A stretch of DNA of 64,000 nucleotides from Thermomicrobiales bacterium (GTDB taxonomy: Bacteria; Chloroflexota; Chloroflexia; Thermomicrobiales; UBA6265): assembly GCA_050696075.1 (NCBI GenBank), contig JBOGUF010000138.1, positions 13,684-77,683 of the forward strand, in the 5' to 3' direction. Shown here in pieces: positions 1 through 9,669 of this stretch. Numbering within the stretch: position 1 is the stretch's first letter; the number at the start of each line of letters is the position of its first letter. The notes beneath the pieces were generated by a model, which had not been told where the DNA came from, made no database searches, and was given only the letters and a program-made list of their open reading frames with translations. A program made the position numbers and the translations under genes.

Positions 1-1445
1 ACGCTTGCCCTGTCGCCCACGTTCGCCACCGATCGCACCGCGTTTGCCGGCTGCGCGAGCGGACTCTACCGCTCGCGGAATGGCGCCAAGTCGTGGACAA
101 CGATGGAGTTGCCCGCCGATGAGGTGGCAGTCCAATGCCTCGCGTGCTCACTGCGGTTCGGGGAGGATCGAACCCTGCTGGCCGGAACGGAAGCGCACGG
201 CGCGTTCCGTTCGCGAGACGCCGGACGCACTTGGGAGAGCGTCGCCGACGGCATCGGTGGTGTCTCTGGACTCTTGTTCTTGGACGGCGGAGGCCAGCGA
301 ATGATGCTGACGACGGATTCGCAGGTCTTTGTCTCCCCGGACGCGGGCGATTCGTGGCGTATCGCCGGATCGTTGCCCGCGCCCGTGATGAGCATCACCG
401 GTGGGACGAGCGGGGGTGACGAGCGCGTGTTGGCAGCGTTGGCGATGCGTGGCGTCGCGGTCTCCGCCGACGCCGGGAGCACCTGGCTCCCCTCCAACGC
501 CGGGCTGTGCGCCTCGCCGCTCTCGATCATCCGGACCGTCCCCGCAGGAGCCGGCGGCCATGCGGTGTTCGTCGGTGGTCCGAGCGCGGGCGTCCGGCTC
601 TCGTTGGACGTTGGAGGGTCGTGGCGCGACCTGTCCGATGGGATACTCGGGTTACTGCGCGATCTCGTCGTCTCGCCTCGATTCGCGCGTGACCGCTCGG
701 TCTTTGCGCTCACGACCGACGGGGTGTTTGTCGGCGTAGCCGATACCTGGAGGTGGGAACAGGTCGGGGCCGACTGGCATGAGCTGCCGATCGGGCTGGC
801 GATCGCCGATATGCCAGCGACATCGGTTCGCCTGGTTGCCGGCTTCGCGAATGGGGACCTCTGCTTTTCGCGCGATGGCCGGGTGTGGGAGACGATGCCG
901 AGTCCATTCGGCGGTGAACGGCTCGTGGCGCTGAGCCAAGTCCAGGACGATGCCGACACTGTGGTACCAGTCGCGATCACGGTGTCGCCGGAATCGGGTG
1001 AGGAACGACCCACGATCTGGGTACTGGCCGGAGAGGGACGTTCCTGGAAACGGCTCCTCACCTTGGACGAGGCGGGGGTCGTCGCGCTCGATCCCGACTC
1101 ATCGGGCGGGATGCTTATCCTCGGCTGTGGGAACCATCTCTATGCACTCGATCGACGTACGGGGCAAGGACGCAAGCGACGCCTCGCGGTCGCATCGCGG
1201 GGCGGTGGCGAGACGTTGGAGCCTCGGGTCTTGGGCCTGAGCACGATCCACGGATCCTCCCGTCATCGAGTGTTTCTCGTAGCGACCGATGTGGGCCTCC
1301 TCTCGTCCCACGACGGTGGGAGCCAATTTGAGCGTTGGCAGACCGCACATGCAGATGACACGGTGCTGGCGGTGGCGACGTCACCGGCCGTTGGAGCCGA
1401 TCGCAGGATCTTCGTGGCCACGGCCGGTGGAGCGCTGCTAGCGTC
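1..1445 (+). CDS. BNR/Ycf48-like beta-propeller repeat protein (5' end outside window; native 3' end lost)
   Basis: Frame 1 is open from base 1 and continuous with ORF 103..1905. It carries recurring units of the type SP.F..D.T.F.G...G..RS.D.G.SW (LSPTFATDRTAFAGCASGLYRSRNGAKSW; AFRSRDAGRTWESV; VSADAGSTWLPS; LSLDVGGSWRDL; SSHDGGSQFERW). Confidence 0.6.
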
Positions 1446-1905
1446 CGGCGCCGGGGCGGTCGACCTGCTGCTCGTCGACGAGGCCGACCGCCTCAAGATG
1501 CCGGAATTGGAGGAGATCCGCGACCGCTACGACTGCGCCAACTTCGCCGACGGGGCGGGGGTGGTCCTGATAGGCCTGCCGGGGATCGAGAAGCGGCTGG
1601 CCCGCTACCCCCAGCTCTACTCGCGGGTCGGGTTCGTCCACCACTTCCGGCCGCTGAGCGAGGACGAGCTGCGCTTCATCCTGGCCCACAAGTGGCACGA
1701 GATCGGGCTGACCGTTTCGCCGGACGACTACACGGACGCCGAGGCGCTGGCGGCGATCGCCCGCATCACCGGTGGCAACTTCCGGTTGGTGCAGCGGCTG
1801 TTCAGCCAGATCGCGCGGATCCTGCGCATCAACCACCTGCAGACGATCACGCAAGAGGTCGTCGAGGCGGCGCGGGAGCAGCTCGTGATCGGCCACCTGC
1901 CCTGA
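1446..1905 (+). pseudogene. Mu B / TniB-like transposition AAA+ ATPase, C-terminal fragment fused in frame to the preceding ORF
   Basis: VDLLLVDEADRLKMPELEEIRDRYD...VVLIGLPGIEKRLARYPQLYSRVGFVHHFRPLSEDELRFIL looks like the Walker-B-onward half of COG2842-type transposition ATPases. There is no Walker A/N-terminal half and no transposase nearby. The junction is estimated at about 1441-1460. Confidence 0.6.
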
Positions 1906-1944
1906 TCGAGCGACGGGCATGGGGGTGCCACTGAGCGCTGAAGA

Positions 1945-2070
1945 TCAGGGCCACGTAGCGGTGAAGATGACAACGTCGATGTACGCGGCGCGGTCGCGTT
2001 CGACTGTGAGGGCGCGTCCGCAGGTCGTCTTCCCGACTGCTGGGCCGCCGGTCAGGATCAGTGGTCGCAT
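1945..2070 (-). pseudogene. P-loop NTPase/kinase N-terminal stub (41 codons)
   Basis: ATG at 2070 is preceded by AGGAAGGA. Translation is MRPLILTGGPAVGKTTCGRALTVERDRAAYIDVVIFTATWP*, with an intact Walker A (GGPAVGKT) followed by a premature TGA at 1945-1947. It runs into the 3' end of the ATPase fragment on the other strand. Confidence 0.5.
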
Positions 2071-2137
2071 CGTCGCGTTCCTTCCTGGTTCTCGTCCCCA
2101 GGAGCGCGTGTTTCGTCACCTGGTTGTTTCGGTACAC

Positions 2138-2155
2138 GGTGAGGGATCCCTCACC
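2138..2155 (-). terminator. Perfect 18-nt palindrome just downstream of the osmC-like gene
   Basis: GGTGAGGGATCCCTCACC lies 10 nt after the stop at 2165. There is no clear U-tract. Confidence 0.35.
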
Positions 2156-2164
2156 GGGAACTCG

Positions 2165-2548
2165 TCACTCGGTCCCGCCCGGCGCGAATTCGAGTGTCTT
2201 GCTCAGCGTGGTGCGAACAGGCGATCGTTCAAGACGGGCGAGTAGGGCGCTTCGGTGGCCTTCGAGCTGAGGCGGCAGGATCAGTGTGTAGCGGAATCGG
2301 CTCACGGCTTCCTCTCGCTCAACCTCGACTGCCACGCCCACTCCCGTGTCGTCGAGGCCCTGTTCAGCGAGTTCCATGCGGGCGGAGATACTCATGCAGC
2401 TCGCAAGCGCGGCTTCGAGCAGTTCGTGAGGCCTGGGGCCCGCGGAACCGCCCGTGCCGAGCTTGAAGGTGTCGGCTATCCCGGAATGGTCTCCGGATGC
2501 GTACTGTGCCTGCCACCGCGTAGCCAGTGCCTGTGCTGAGATGGTCAT
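2165..2548 (-). CDS. OsmC family protein
   Basis: 127 aa from the ATG at 2548. PHELLEAALASCMSISARMEL and the C-terminal SPVRTTLSK are typical of the OsmC/Ohr fold. The upstream part of ORF 2165..2806 looks non-coding. Confidence 0.75.
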   Translation of the reverse strand: MTISAQALATRWQAQYASGDHSGIADTFKLGTGGSAGPRPHELLEAALASCMSISARMELAEQGLDDTGVGVAVEVEREEAVSRFRYTLILPPQLEGHRSALLARLERSPVRTTLSKTLEFAPGGTE

Positions 2549-2897
2549 GACCACATTCTCGCCCTCGTCGGCTCGTCGCTCTGGCCGCGGGCTCATTGGC
2601 GGTTGTCCACCCAACCGACAACCGTCCAGAGGGAGCCCGCAATCCGATCCCCCAACGTGCATGCGCCGCCAGCAATCGTTGACCGCTTGCTGAGGTGGTT
2701 TTGGGGGAAATGGTGTCAGAGATTCCGGGGCACCATATAATGGCGGTCCCCGCACGAAACTGTCCGAGCGCCGCATTTGACTGCTCGTTGCGGCAAATGC
2801 GTGCACATGCCCGAGTGAAGCCGCCTGTGATCCAACGCGACAGCAGCGAACAAAGCGCCTCAGCCCGTGGCCGGCCGCCTACCAACTGGAGCGGGCG

Positions 2898-4004
2898 TTG
2901 ATCTGGCTAGAAACCAGGGTTGGGCATGGTGGCCGGGTGGTTTGGACGACCTGGGTCCTTGTGGCGATAGTGGCGGTGCTGCCGGCGTGCAGCCTGTTCG
3001 ATGAGAATCGGTCGGAAGAGGAGCAGAGGTCGGCCTCCGGGCCAATCCCGACCGCTCGCCAGGTGGATCCACCCGCGGCTCGCCTACCCGAGCGTACCTA
3101 TCAGTATGCGGATGCGCCGCCGGAGATGGTGGCCGCGGTCGATGAACTTTTGGCAGGAGAGGACGGCGTCTACGGGGTCGTTCTGATGCGCCCGGATGGG
3201 GCGCTCCTCTACAGCGCCGGTTGCGAGGTGCCGTTTGTCGCGGCCTCCCTGTATAAGCTGGTGCTGCTGGCCGACGTCTACGCGGCCCGCGAGGCCGGCG
3301 AGCTGACTTTCGCGCAACAGATAACCTTGGAGCCCGACTACTTCCCGACCGGCGAGGAACCTGCCGACAGTTACTTCAACCCGAGCGCCAAGGATGGACG
3401 TGTGACGGTTGAGGAGGCGGTCTTCGCGACTGGAGCCTACTCCAGCAACGTGGCGGCGCGGGCACTCATCCAACTGACGGGAGAGGACGCGATCGAGGCG
3501 ATGGCGATCGAACTAGGACTGACGCGCACGCATTTCCTGGTCGAGCCGCCGGACCTACCAGAGTGGCCGCCGAGGCCCGCGGCGGATACCTCGCTGCACG
3601 ACGCCGAAGCGGCGACGTCGTTCGCGAACGCCGAGGCGCGTACCGGACCGGTTAACCTGACGACGCCGTGCGATATGGCGCGTTTCTTCCAGATGTTGCT
3701 CGCGGGCGAAGTCGTCAGTCCTGAGGCGAGCGCGGAACTGCTCGCCATCTTGCGGCAACAGGCCGTCAACGATCGCTTCCCGATCCTCTTGCCGCCTGGG
3801 ACCGAGATGGCGCACAAGACCGGCAATCTCGAGCACGTCGTCCACGACGTCGGCGTCATCTACGGGCCGGACGGCCCGATCATCCTGGCGGCGCTCTCGG
3901 AAGGGATGACCGACGACGACCGGGCGAGGCAAGTTATCCAGCGCCTCGCTCTGGTTGCCTATGGTGAGTACGAGGTCCCGCCCGTCGAGGACGCGGCCAG
4001 CTAA
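2898..4004 (+). CDS. Class A beta-lactamase-related serine hydrolase, probable lipoprotein
   Basis: Contains a lipobox-like VLPAC, an SxxK motif (ASLYK), an SxN motif (YSSNV) and a KTG motif (HKTGN). The TTG start is uncertain. Confidence 0.75.
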   Translation: MIWLETRVGHGGRVVWTTWVLVAIVAVLPACSLFDENRSEEEQRSASGPIPTARQVDPPAARLPERTYQYADAPPEMVAAVDELLAGEDGVYGVVLMRPDGALLYSAGCEVPFVAASLYKLVLLADVYAAREAGELTFAQQITLEPDYFPTGEEPADSYFNPSAKDGRVTVEEAVFATGAYSSNVAARALIQLTGEDAIEAMAIELGLTRTHFLVEPPDLPEWPPRPAADTSLHDAEAATSFANAEARTGPVNLTTPCDMARFFQMLLAGEVVSPEASAELLAILRQQAVNDRFPILLPPGTEMAHKTGNLEHVVHDVGVIYGPDGPIILAALSEGMTDDDRARQVIQRLALVAYGEYEVPPVEDAAS

Positions 4005-4007
4005 TCG

Positions 4008-5471
4008 CTACCGCATTGTCGAGGGCAGGATGCCGAGTTCGTTGCGATACTTGGCCACGGTGCGGCGGGCAATGCGGATCCCCACGTGTTGGAGCCGATC
4101 GCAGATCTCGCGATCGGTGAGGGACCGCCCCTGGGACTGCTCCTGATGGATCAGTTCGCGCATGACGTCCTTGACGCTGAGCGACGGCGTGAAGAAGTCG
4201 CTGAACGGGATAACCTTGCGCGATGGTAGCATCACGTACTTGTCTGCGGTAGCGCGGCTGACGGTCGACTCGTGGACGCCGACTTGTTGGGCGACCGTCG
4301 CCCGCGTCAGCGGGCGCAACTCGCGGACTCCATCACGTAGGAAATTTTCTTGCAGCTCGCAGATGCACTTCGTGATGCGGAGCAGCGTATCCTGACGTTG
4401 CTGGACGTTGGAGAGGAAGTTCTTGGCGCGGGTTGTGTACTGACGGATGTGCGTCCGATCGTCCTCCGACGATTCGGGGCGCGCGTCGTGGCTGTGACCA
4501 TTCGGTGAGGGTTGCTCGCTCTCCCGATGAACACGCCGCCGACCGAGGTCGATCGCGAGTTCCTCGTACAAGGGATTGACGCGCAACCTGGCCCGGCCGC
4601 TGTCGACAACCTCGACGTAGAGAACATCGTCTTTGATTGAGATAACGACGTCTGGCGCTACGTAGGTCGATCGCGATGGGCTGCGCCAGGAGCGGGCGAG
4701 TTGCGACTGCAACGGCGTCGGGTTGAGATGAGCGCGGATGAAGTCGCGCGCCTCCTCGACCTCTTCGGTCGAGACGCCAAGGTCCTTGCCGATCTTGCCG
4801 AACTTATGCAGGGCAAGATCTTCGAGATGGCGGTCAACAATCGCGTGGACCACCGCCGGTACGGTCTGTTCTAGGTTTTCGAGCTCGCGGATCTGGAGCT
4901 GAAGGCACTCCCGCAGGTCGCGCGATCCCACGCCGACCGGCGCTACGTCCTGGACGACTTCGAGCACGGTCTCAACGGTGGCGGCGTCGACACCGAGCGC
5001 TTGGGCGACTTCGTCCAGCGACGCCGCAAGAAATCCGCGTTCGTCGATGGCGTCGACGAGATACTCGGCGATCGGTTGCTCGTCCGGTTTGAGGATGGTC
5101 CGAGCGTCTCGCAGGATTGTGGCGCGCACGTTCTCGTCATCGGCGACCAGGGCAAGGGGATCGAAGTCGTCGTCGCGCAGCGAAGAGGATGACGTCAGGC
5201 GTTCGGCGAGGGAGTCGTCGCGGTCCGGCAACTCGGGTCTGATCGATTCGACTGGGCAGGTGGGGCAGACTGATCCCTCAAGCACCGCGCCGCAGATGGC
5301 GCAGAGCGGCTGCTCGTCCAGTTCCAGGGCCGGATTGATTTCTACCTCCGCCGCGATGATGTTTTCGAGTTCCATGCGCGACAGACTGAGGATGTAGTTC
5401 GCTTCGATGAGGCTCGGCGACACCCACGGCCGCTGCTCCTGGGAGAGATCGTAGCCGTGCTCCATCTCCAT
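4008..5471 (-). CDS. rpoN: RNA polymerase sigma-54 factor
   Basis: Has an N-terminal region I, the C-terminal HTH VGVHESTVSRA, and the RpoN box ARRTVAKYR. It carries an extra CxxC-x8-CxxC insert after region I. Confidence 0.9.
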   Translation of the reverse strand: MEMEHGYDLSQEQRPWVSPSLIEANYILSLSRMELENIIAAEVEINPALELDEQPLCAICGAVLEGSVCPTCPVESIRPELPDRDDSLAERLTSSSSLRDDDFDPLALVADDENVRATILRDARTILKPDEQPIAEYLVDAIDERGFLAASLDEVAQALGVDAATVETVLEVVQDVAPVGVGSRDLRECLQLQIRELENLEQTVPAVVHAIVDRHLEDLALHKFGKIGKDLGVSTEEVEEARDFIRAHLNPTPLQSQLARSWRSPSRSTYVAPDVVISIKDDVLYVEVVDSGRARLRVNPLYEELAIDLGRRRVHRESEQPSPNGHSHDARPESSEDDRTHIRQYTTRAKNFLSNVQQRQDTLLRITKCICELQENFLRDGVRELRPLTRATVAQQVGVHESTVSRATADKYVMLPSRKVIPFSDFFTPSLSVKDVMRELIHQEQSQGRSLTDREICDRLQHVGIRIARRTVAKYRNELGILPSTMR

Positions 5472-5991
5472 GTGCGGGTCCTCATCTCATTATGCCCGGT
5501 GCCGCTGTTGTCGGCTGGACGGCGTAGGGCGCGGTCAGGCGTCTTGTTCACCGAACGTGCGAGCAATCGACCAAGCGCGGCGCTGGAACGAGAAAGCCCG
5601 TGGTTGGGAGCGGCCGCCATGCATTGTCGACCGTCGCGAATGCCGCAAGTGTACGGCAAGCGCGGAAGTGATGGCAAGGAACTTGCTGAAGTTCGCCGGC
5701 TTGTCGCCAACCCCTGCGTGCATCGCGGCGCCAACAACAAGAACGTTCGCTATATCGGCGCCTGATTGCGCGCTGGAAGCAGTATCAGCTGGCCTGCCGC
5801 GTACGAACACCTGTACAGGGTCGGGGCCGATTGGTATCATCCATGCTGCATGGTCGCCGCATCTTATGGAAATGCAGCGTATCAGTATGACGCAAACGGC
5901 GAAGGATTTAGCGGAGTTTTGCCTCGTAACCAGGGCGCAGCAGAACACTCTAGGCTTGCCGAGCGATCGGCCTCGCGGGACGCGGTAGGCG

Positions 5992-7149
5992 ATGCTACGG
6001 TCATTTACCATCACGCGAGTGCGGGACATCGAGATTCGGGTCCATCCGAGTTTCTTGCTTGTCGTGCTCTGGGTGGCGTTCCACTGGGGCGTGATGGACG
6101 ATCGTGGCATAAGCGCCCTAATCTACGGCGCCCTGCTCGTCTTCTTCATCTTCTGCTGTGTCGTGCTCCACGAGTTGGGGCACAGCTTCATGGCGTTGCA
6201 CTTTGGCGTCAAGGTGCATGACATCACTTTGCTCCCGATCGGGGGCGTTGCCCGGCTCGAACATCTCCCATCGCGCCCGACGACAGAAGCGTTGATCGCG
6301 ATTGCCGGCCCGCTGGTTAACGTCGCGATCGCCGTTGCGCTGGTGCCGCCTCTCTTGCTCCTTGGCGTCTTCAACGGATACAACTCGCTGGTCGACTATC
6401 TCTCGTATGTTGACGACATCGCGCCCGGTGGGCTACTGATCTATCTCTTTTTTACGAACGTCATGCTGGTCCTCTTCAACATGCTGCCGGCCTTTCCGAT
6501 GGATGGCGGGCGCGTCGTGCGGGCGGGTCTCTCGGCGGTGGTCGGGCGGGAGCGCGCGACCGGCTTTGCCGTCCTACTCGGTCAGGCGGCGGCGGTGGTG
6601 CTCGCAATCCTCGGCATCTGGTGGGGCGATTATCTCTTGCCGCTGATCGGCCTCTTCATAATCGGCGCGGCCTATGCCGAAGGCCGCGCCGTCCGGCTGG
6701 AGTCGGCGATGCGGCGTCTGCGGGTCGGCCAGTTTGCCTTGTGGGACATGGGCGGCATCTCGGCGCACCACCCACTCACCTACGCGCTGCGCGGCGGTCC
6801 GCGCGACGTCGTCGTCACCGACGGCTCGCGAGTGATCGGCATGCTCTGGCGGCACCAATTGTTGCCGGGACTGAACGGCGCCATCGCCGGCCGCACGGTC
6901 GCTGACGTGATGGATCGCGACGTCGAGACGGTCGACATTCAAGCGTCGGTCTATGACGTGCAACAGAAGATGCACGAGCTGGACCGCTGGGCGCTGCCGG
7001 TCACCGAAGACGGTCTGTATCGCGGCATTTTCACCGCGGACCGATTTGTCCACGTCTATCGCTACCTCAACGCGCAGTCCGGCGGCTCCCGCTTTGCCGC
7101 AAGCTGGGCCGTTGCCATCGGTAACGCCTTTCGCGGCTTGATCCGGTAG
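5992..7149 (+). CDS. M50 site-2 protease family metalloprotease with C-terminal CBS pair
   Basis: HELGH zinc motif, NMLPAFPMDGGR motif, multiple TM segments, and a CBS-like C-terminus (VADVMDRDVETV... ALPVTEDG). Confidence 0.85.
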   Translation: MLRSFTITRVRDIEIRVHPSFLLVVLWVAFHWGVMDDRGISALIYGALLVFFIFCCVVLHELGHSFMALHFGVKVHDITLLPIGGVARLEHLPSRPTTEALIAIAGPLVNVAIAVALVPPLLLLGVFNGYNSLVDYLSYVDDIAPGGLLIYLFFTNVMLVLFNMLPAFPMDGGRVVRAGLSAVVGRERATGFAVLLGQAAAVVLAILGIWWGDYLLPLIGLFIIGAAYAEGRAVRLESAMRRLRVGQFALWDMGGISAHHPLTYALRGGPRDVVVTDGSRVIGMLWRHQLLPGLNGAIAGRTVADVMDRDVETVDIQASVYDVQQKMHELDRWALPVTEDGLYRGIFTADRFVHVYRYLNAQSGGSRFAASWAVAIGNAFRGLIR

Positions 7150-7199
7150 GTTCGCGTATCCATCATCACGCCCGCGCGGCTATGGCTCCGCGATCGTCC

Positions 7200-7228
7200 T
7201 TGACCTAACGCTTCCCAAAAGGTAGGAT
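7200..7228 (+). promoter_or_regulatory. Candidate sigma-70 promoter for the Rrf2 regulator/cysteine desulfurase pair
   Basis: TTGACC (7200-7205), 17-nt spacer, TAGGAT (7223-7228), about 40 nt upstream of the ATG at 7270. Confidence 0.35.
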
Positions 7229-7269
7229 GCGACGAGAGGGTTTCTGCCCTCCGCGCAGGTGGAGGCGCC

Positions 7270-7740
7270 ATGAAAGTTTCAACTCGCGGCGAGTACGGCG
7301 TCCGCGCGATGGTGACGCTTGCCCATAACTACGGCGCCGGGCCAGTGTCGATCGCGGCGATGGCCAAAGAATCGTCCATACCGTACGCCTACTTGGAACA
7401 GCTCATCGTGCCGTTGCGCAAGGCCGGATTGGTCGAAAGCAAACGCGGCGCACAGGGCGGCTATGTCTTGACCCGCCCGCCGGAACTGGTGGTGGTGGGC
7501 GAAGTGTACCGGGTGATGGAAGGGCCGGTCGCGCCCATGGACTGCGTTTCTGAAGATCCTGCCGACCAGACGTGCCCACTCATCGACGGCTGTGAGACTC
7601 GCCCGGTGTGGATGAAAGTCCGCGACTCGATTGCGATGACCATCGACTCGATAACGCTCGCCGACTTGATCAACCAGGGCAAGGAGCGACGGGCCGCGCG
7701 CGCCGACCGGCTTGTCGTTGCCGGCACCGACGCGGCCTGA
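7270..7740 (+). CDS. Rrf2 family transcriptional regulator (IscR-like, three-Cys cluster motif)
   Basis: MKVSTRGEYGVRAM... wHTH, with Cys-x9-Cys-x5-Cys (MDCVSEDPADQTCPLIDGC). A GGAGG RBS precedes it. Confidence 0.9.
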   Translation: MKVSTRGEYGVRAMVTLAHNYGAGPVSIAAMAKESSIPYAYLEQLIVPLRKAGLVESKRGAQGGYVLTRPPELVVVGEVYRVMEGPVAPMDCVSEDPADQTCPLIDGCETRPVWMKVRDSIAMTIDSITLADLINQGKERRAARADRLVVAGTDAA

Positions 7741-7816
7741 TCTCCCGATTTCCGCCCCGTTGATCCATTACTTCTCCCTGTATTCGCATCCCACGCCAAC
7801 ATCCTGGGAGTAGACC

Positions 7817-9010
7817 ATGCTTCTTCCTGATGGTGACGACACCATCTATCTCGATCATGCCGCCACAACCCCGGTCGATCCCACGGTGCTCGAAGCGATG
7901 CTGCCGTATTTCACACGGCATTTCGGCAACCCATCGAGCATCTATCAACTAGGACAGGACGGTCGTGCAGCGCTCGACCGCTCGCGAAACGCCGTGGCGC
8001 GCATCCTTGGTTGCCAGCCGGCCGAGATCGTCTTCTCGAGCGGGGCGACGGAAAGCAACAACCTTGCGCTCAGCGGCGTCGCTTGGCAGCGTCGTCTGGC
8101 GCACCCGGAGGCCGATCCGCCGCACATCATCACGACCGACATTGAGCATCATGCCGTGCTCCACACGGCGCAATGGCTCGAACGGCAGGGTTTTCCGGTC
8201 ACGTATCTGCCGTGTGATGACGCGGGTTTCGTGGAACCCGCGGCGGTCGAGGCGGCGATTCGGCCCGAGACGTGCCTGATCTCGGTGATGTACGCCAACA
8301 ACGAAACTGGTTCGATTCAGCCGATTGTGGAGATCGGCGAAATCGCACGGCGCCACGGCGTCCTCTTTCATACGGATGCGGTGCAAGCGGCGGGTATCCT
8401 GCCCTTGTCCGTCGACGACCTCAACGTCGACCTGTTGTCGCTTTCGGCCCACAAGTTCTACGGTCCGAAGGGGGTTGGTCTGCTCTACGTCCGGCGTCAG
8501 ACTCCGATCGCGTATCAGCAGCATGGGGGAGGGCAGGAGAGCGGGCGGCGTGGCGGCACCGAGAACGTCGCCGGCGTCGTCGGCCTGGCCTCCGCGCTCG
8601 AATTGGCCCAACGGACCCGTATGGGCTACAACAGCCACTGCGCCGGGTTGCGTGACCGCCTGTGGGCCGGCATCCGCGAAGCGATCCCCGACGTCGAACT
8701 GAACGGCACGGACGATTGGACACGCCGGCTGCCGAACAACCTCAACGTATCGATTCCCGGGGTCCAAGGAGAGACGATGCTGCTCAATCTCGACATGCAG
8801 GGCATCGCCGCATCGGCCGGCTCGGCGTGCACGACCGGACGATCCGATCCGAGCCACGTCTTGTTGGCAATGGGCTACGACGAGGCGAGGTGCCGGGCGA
8901 GTCTGCGGTTGACGGTCGGTCGGGGCAACACGACTGAGGAGATTAACGACGCGGTCGACTCGCTGGTTGAGGCGGTCGAGCGGGTGCGTCAGCTCTCGGC
9001 GGTCGGCTGA
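7817..9010 (+). CDS. Cysteine desulfurase (NifS/IscS class V aminotransferase)
   Basis: PLP-lysine motif SAHKFYGPKG and active-site loop SAGSACT. It sits downstream of the Rrf2 regulator. Confidence 0.9.
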   Translation: MLLPDGDDTIYLDHAATTPVDPTVLEAMLPYFTRHFGNPSSIYQLGQDGRAALDRSRNAVARILGCQPAEIVFSSGATESNNLALSGVAWQRRLAHPEADPPHIITTDIEHHAVLHTAQWLERQGFPVTYLPCDDAGFVEPAAVEAAIRPETCLISVMYANNETGSIQPIVEIGEIARRHGVLFHTDAVQAAGILPLSVDDLNVDLLSLSAHKFYGPKGVGLLYVRRQTPIAYQQHGGGQESGRRGGTENVAGVVGLASALELAQRTRMGYNSHCAGLRDRLWAGIREAIPDVELNGTDDWTRRLPNNLNVSIPGVQGETMLLNLDMQGIAASAGSACTTGRSDPSHVLLAMGYDEARCRASLRLTVGRGNTTEEINDAVDSLVEAVERVRQLSAVG

Positions 9011-9669
9011 GCGACGTCGGCCTCCGCAACCGCTGCCTTCAGCGCGGTCGCCGCATCTCGGCCGCCCATGTCGCCCAGCGGCGGCAGTTCCTCAAGCGCA
9101 CGCAGGCCGAAGAGCATGAGGAATACGGGCGTCGTTCCGTACTGGAACGGATTCCCCGCGGTTTGCAGCCGGCCGGCGATCTCGATCAGTCCGCGAGCGA
9201 GGAGCGTAGCGATTACGCCAGAGGTATCGACGCCGCGCACGGCCTCGATCTCGGCCCGTGTCACCGGCTGTTCGTAGGCGATGATCGCCAAGGTTTCAAG
9301 CGCGGCGGACGAGAGTTTGGCTTCCCGGTCGAGCCGGAGAAAACGGCGCACGTAGCGCGCGAACCGTGGAGCGGTCGTCAGCTGCACCGTTCCACCGTGG
9401 CGCTGCACGACCCATCCCCGGTCGGCGGCGGCGTCGATCTCCCGTAACGTTTCTTCGATCTGTTCGGCAGGCACCCCGGCGCCCTGCGCCAGTTGATCGA
9501 TGGTAACCGCTTCGGGTGCGACTAGCAGCAGCGCTTCGACGAGCGCCAGGAGCTCGGGGCCGGGTGCGGGGCCGTCGAGCGCGTCGAGGACAAGCGACTC
9601 CTGGCGCGGCCCGTCTCGCCGTTCCTTGGCCGTGTCCTCGGAGTCGATCTCCTTCGGCTGCCGGCGCAT
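8989..9669 (-). CDS. scpB: SMC-Scp complex subunit ScpB
   Basis: LSSAALETLAIIAYEQPVTRAEIEAVRGVD...GRLQTAGNPFQYGTT. The ATG at 9669 shares one base with the scpA stop (TGATG). Confidence 0.85.
   Translation of the reverse strand: MRRQPKEIDSEDTAKERRDGPRQESLVLDALDGPAPGPELLALVEALLLVAPEAVTIDQLAQGAGVPAEQIEETLREIDAAADRGWVVQRHGGTVQLTTAPRFARYVRRFLRLDREAKLSSAALETLAIIAYEQPVTRAEIEAVRGVDTSGVIATLLARGLIEIAGRLQTAGNPFQYGTTPVFLMLFGLRALEELPPLGDMGGRDAATALKAAVAEADVAQPTAES

Noticed and set aside
5470-6110. ORFs 5470..5988 (+, 172 aa) and 5535..6110 (-, 191 aa) in the rpoN/M50 intergenic region.
   Set aside because: Both are Cys/Arg/Ser-rich with no recognisable motifs. The minus ORF also overlaps the well-supported M50 gene start. 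I treat the region as non-coding (see finding).
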